The notes under the pieces were generated by a model. That model was not told the DNA's origin and made no database searches. It saw only the letters and a list, made by a program, of their open reading frames with translations. DNA of 64,000 bases. Origin: the human T2T-CHM13v2.0 reference genome, Homo sapiens. Numbering within the stretch: the stretch's first letter is position 1; each line of letters begins with the position of its first letter. The stretch lies in NCBI RefSeq assembly GCF_009914755.1, contig NC_060929.1. One strand, written 5' to 3'. Below are positions 59,242 through 64,000 of the stretch, piece by piece. A program made the translations under genes and the position numbers.

Positions 59242-60896
59242 TTTTCTTTTAAAAAATTCTAGAGACTTTTCCCAGCATTGTTTTTTTAATGAAATTTGGC
59301 CCTCAATGTGAGCAAATGCAGACAGCAGACTTTTCCTAACAGTCTAATATGTAATCAAATGCCATTAGCTACTGACTGTCTGGAGAAGGAAAAAAAGAAG
59401 CTCTGGATCACATCTGAGTGTTTTGTTCATGTAGTGGAGAAATCAGATTTATTTTTCATGACCCAATGACAGTGAAAGTAGCTTCTCTGATCTGAGCAGC
59501 AGACTGGCCTAACAGCTTGTAGTAAAACTCCTATTCATTATTAACCCTATCATATTCCTTAAGTGTGGAAATGCTTCAAATAATAGGATCCAGTTCCCAG
59601 TCTCCAGGAGATTACGGCAAAGGCATCATAATGTGCAATATATCACGTGACGACAAGTACCAGAAAACCCATTTCCTATAATTAGGAGTGTTATCTCTTA
59701 TTCTTAAGCAAACTTGATGACATATTGTATGAATAAAAGCATGTGATTTGTCAAAATGGCTCCTTAACCAGCCCACTGTTGTTATTCATATTACTCCAGA
59801 TGACGGTAGATTTCTGTGAGTAGTGAAAGCAAAATGCCTCTTTTTCTGTGCAGCTATATCAAGGGAAAACCTTCAATACACCAGCGTATTTCTTGGTTCC
59901 ATGTTGGTGAGGTTCCTGTTTGACTGTGGTTCACAGCATACATAGTATTCTCCATTTAAACACAAACTCATCATTTCAATGAAGTCTGTTTGTAAACCCA
60001 GGAAAGGCAGCCCCTGGCAGGTATATATAGTTTTGATGCAACATTGCCACATTGTTTTCAATCTCTGCTTTGCTTTTTCAATCTCTGCACAGTTGAGCAA
60101 CCAGTGTAAAATGTTGCAGTGGTTTGAATTTGGAGGTTTTTTCTTTATTTGAGACAGCTAAAAATAACAATGGGAATGAAGTTACGATTTTAATTCTTGC
60201 TAGAAATATGTCTTAATGGGATACTAAAACACAATTTTATTTTATTACAAACAACCCCTCCTAATTAGGGACAGCAGTAGTATTTGCACTTGAGGATGGC
60301 TTACCTATTGAGAGGTATTGAACAAAATGAAATAAATGGACAGGATGGATTGGATGATTTGGTCCTTTCTAGTTCTAGTATTCTTTCTTTCCAGGAAATA
60401 GAGAAATATATGATGAGTTATATTTTAAGTTTGAAGTTTGCTTATAAGTAGTATAGAAAATGTGTTTTTAAAATAAATTAACTCATGTTAAAATTTTACA
60501 TGAAGCTATAGGCTCTGTTTTTGTAGATAAGTGGTCCATTAGATTTTGTATTATGCCATTAGATGTATGAATTAAAACAATTTTAGGGATCAAATTTGAA
60601 AAATAATTCCTGCTTAACATAAAGAAGATACTCAGATCAATTTAGTGTGACATTTAAAATATTTTCTGTTGATCACCTAATGTGCGTTATGCTTGCTACA
60701 TCTTTTCCCATAGATAGTATATAATACAAATGATTAAGACTGGACACTATAGGGATGGGCTTCAGTCTTCTGACAACCTTGGACCCTCTTACAAGTCAAG
60801 AGTACAGTGAGATTTATGACAAGTGAAACCAAGAGAGCTTTCTCTTATCATTTTCCACTGTTTGGAAACCCTAGAATCCTAGAGTAGCCAAATAGA

Positions 60897-61090
60897 CCAG
60901 CGATTCTCAAATAGTTGTGTATATCATATTTTTCTGGGGAGCTTGTTTAAGTGGGAATTTCTGAGCCCCATTCTAGACATTCTAAATTAATGGTTCCATG
61001 TTTGGGTCCAGAATGTGCTGTTTATCAAGCTCTGCCAAGTGAGTCGGATGTTATCATTAGGGGAACCACATATGCAGATGCATTTGAACT
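60897..61090. mobile_element. MER5-like DNA element
   Basis: cagcgattctcaaa...tctggggagcttgtttaa...ttctgagccccattctagacattct...gggaaccaca. Confidence 0.65.
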
Positions 61091-61619
61091 AGTACTAGAT
61101 AGGATAGCAAGAACCCAGCATGCATGGACTTTCTAAGCTATGTTTTCCTCCTTAATATTTACCAAGTATCTGCTGGAAGCCCTCAGTGAAATACCATTCT
61201 GTTTTGTGAGACAAATGTAAAGAGGACTAACTTCTTTGGTAAAAGCCATAGGAGTGAGTGACATGGGTGGTTGGGAATGACTCCATGGAGACAGTTATAT
61301 ATTTGGTAGCAAAGAAGGGAAGGGCATTGGCAGAAGGAACATTGTAATGACAGGTTAGTTGAGTGCAATAAAGGCTGAAAACCTTTGCATGGCCTTCAGA
61401 GCCCTAGGTGGTCTGGCCTCTGCTCACTTCTGCAGCCTCATTTTACATGAGCCCCAAACCACTTCCATCCCCAGCAACCTTCAATCATCAGTCTCCTTCT
61501 GCAACCTGCCCCCGCTTACCTCTAATATATTAACTCCTTATGCTCTTCAGATTTCAGTCCAGCCTCTAAGCCTCTGTTATGAGGTTACTTTTAATACAGT
61601 GTGCTTTTCCTCATAAAGT

Positions 61620-62142
61620 TATTAGAGAAAATATAAGATGCTCAGTTAAATTTGAATTTAGATAAACAATAAAAATTTTTAAGTATAAATATGTCTCAAA
61701 TATTGCATGGGACATTGTCCTAGTCCCTTCCAGCTGCTATAACAAAAATATTTTAGACTGGGTAATTTAGAAACAATGGAAATTTATTGCTCACAATTCT
61801 GAAGGCTGGGAATTCCAAGATCAAGTTCCCAGAAGATTTGGTGTCTGGTCAAGGCCTATTCCTCATAGATGTCCTCACACGGAAGGAGCAAGGCACCTCC
61901 CTTCAGCGTCTTTGATAAGGGCACTAATCCCATTCATGAGGGTGGAACCCTCATGACTTACTTATTTTCCAAAAGGCCTCACCTCTTAATACTATCACAT
62001 TGGGGAGTAAGTTCCAACATATGAATTTGAGAGGGACACCAGCTTTCAGACCATAGCAGACATACTTACATTATTTGTTGTTTATTGAAAACTTAAAAGT
62101 ATTTGAGTGTCCTATATTTTTATTTGCCAAATCTAGCAATTC
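61620..62142. mobile_element. MER33/MER3-like hAT element split by an LTR
   Basis: aaaatataagatgctcagttaaatttgaattt...tattgcatgggacat | acttac...tttatttgccaaatctagcaa. Confidence 0.75.
61716..62058 (-). mobile_element. MLT1A/MSTD-like MaLR solo LTR
   Basis: tgtcctagtc...ctgctataacaaaa...agaccatagca with TG..CA ends; perfect TSD gacat at 61711-61715 and 62059-62063. Confidence 0.88.
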
Positions 62143-62407
62143 TGTTTATGAAGCTCACTAATTTTACAATTTCCTTTTTTTTTAAAAAAAAATGGGAATT
62201 TTTCATTAATGCCAGTCCCCCTTCACTAATCTACAAATCCTAGAAGACTGAGGACAGGATTAGGGATAAATTGGTCTTGTATTAATCTTGCTGATTTGTC
62301 CTTCGTGTTTGAAATAGTATCTGGAACATAGTAGGAGCTCAATAAATATTGTCAAATGAATTAATGACCTGTTGGAGAAAAACAGTATAAACATGAACAA
62401 GTTTCTT

Positions 62408-63183
62408 TTTTAATTTTAATTTTAATTTCATGTTCTGGGATACATGTGCAGGTTTGTAACATAGGTAAACATGTGCCATGGTGGTTTGCTGCACCTATCA
62501 ACCCATCATCTAGGTATTAAGCCCAGAATGCATTAGCTATTTTTCCTAATGCTCTCCCTTCCCTCAGTCCCTCCCCAACAGGCCCCAGTGTGTATTGTTC
62601 CCCTCCCTGTGTCCATATGTTCTCATTGTTCAGCTCCGACTTATAAGTGAGAACATGCAGTATTTGGCGTTCTGTTCCTGCATTAGTTTGCTGAGGATAA
62701 TGGCTTTTAGCTCCATCCATGTCCCTGCAAAGGACATGATCTCATTCCTTTTTATGGCTGCATAGTATTCCATGGTGTATATGTACCACATTTTCTATAT
62801 CCACCTTATCATTGATGGGCATTTAGGTTGATTCCATGTCTTTGCTATTGTGAATAGCACTGCAATGAACATACATGTGCATGTGTTTTTGTAATAGAAT
62901 GATTTATATTCCTTTGGTTATATACCCAGTAATGGGATTGCTAGGTCCAATGGTATTTCTGGTTCTAGATCTTTGAAGAATCGCCACACTGTCTTCCACA
63001 ATGATTGAACTAATTTACATTCCCACCAACAGTGGAAAAGCATTCCTATTTCTCTGCAATCTTGCCAGCATCTATTATTTCTTGATTTTTTAATAATCAC
63101 CATTCTGACTGGTGTGAGAAGGTATCTCATTGTGGTTCCGATTTGCATTTCTCTAATGATCAGATATGTTGAGCTTTTTTAAC
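62408..63183 (-). mobile_element. 5'-truncated L1PA (PA7/8-like), 0.78 kb
   Basis: 3'UTR plus ORF2 end (62918-63148); perfect 16-bp TSD catgaacaagtttctt at 62392-62407 and 63184-63199; right flank is MIR-like. Confidence 0.94.
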
Positions 63184-63552
63184 CATGAACAAGTTTCTTA
63201 ACCTCTCTAAGCCTAAATTTTTTCAGCTGTGAAAAGATGATTTTGTAATCTACTCTTTGGGATTGCATGTAGAGACAGCATAAGGAGAATATACGCAAAG
63301 CTCCTAGCATGTTACTTCATAGGCACTGTACTTTAAAAGGTATCTTTTCTTTTGTCTCCATATGTATCTTGTAAAATGAGAGGATACCTTTTTGATGTAT
63401 AAAATTCCACTTTGTTTTCATTATACTGCAATTTCAGAAGCAATCGATGTTTCCCAAGTATTTACCTAATGCAAGGTAGTCCAGAGGATTCAGCTATGCA
63501 GTTACAAAAGTCCTGTTCTCAAGGAGCACCTATCTGTGGGCTGATAACACCT

Positions 63553-63719
63553 AGGGCCAGCTTCATGGGTCTTTAGCCTTAACAGTCACACTAAGCTTCA
63601 CGTTTAGAAGAATGCTACATTTGGTTTAGTGTTCTGCTATCACCTCTTGAAATTCTGTGAGTGTGGGGTCCCATGTTTCCCTTTTGCATTGGGCCCTGCC
63701 AATTGTGTAGGTGGTCTTG
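63553..63719. mobile_element. MER91A-like (hAT-Tip100) element
   Basis: agggccagcttcatggg...ttggtttagtgttctgct...cttgaaattc...ttttgcattgggccctgccaatt. Confidence 0.7.
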
Positions 63720-64000
63720 TTAAGCTATGCATATTTGTATCCAGCAAATGCATGCAGAGCATTGTATTTAGTCTTCGTGGTAACCCTGGCCCTCTCCTTA
63801 CTCAGAGAACTTGTGATTTTCCTGAGATGCATGGCTTATAATTAACTAAACCAAGTAATCAAACACCTAGTTCAGTGTTCTTTCTGCTACATCATGCCTG
63901 TCTTCACCTAATTACAATCATCTAGTGTGTTCAGACCTTTAGATGAGCATCTGGAGCTTTTAAAGACTATATCCTTAGGTCTCCTATTCTTCGGTGACTG

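Overview
Repeat-rich primate (very probably human) genomic DNA with no intact protein-coding exon. It contains a near full-length, inactivated L1PA3-type LINE-1 (5591-11558, minus), six other truncated primate L1s (one with a twin-priming 5' inversion), five Alus, a full-length Tigger1, MaLR/ERVL solo LTRs, MER/MIR/L2 relics, and a decayed processed pseudogene of spermine synthase (SMS, ~51944-53623). A CpG-island promoter (~55400-58450) holds an ATG-free, + strand first exon ending at a canonical GTGAGT donor (56884). From memory it resembles the SV2C 5' end at 5q13.3; this is tentative. Nearly all ORFs in the track are repeat fragments or chance ORFs. I found no convincing novel gene system. 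The most notable observations are retrotransposition signatures (16-nt 3' transduction, re-used L1 nick site, twin priming, ZNF93-site deletion) and promoter structures (56-bp tandem duplication, adjacent SMS retrocopy). Repeat subfamily calls come from recalled consensus motifs, not a database search.
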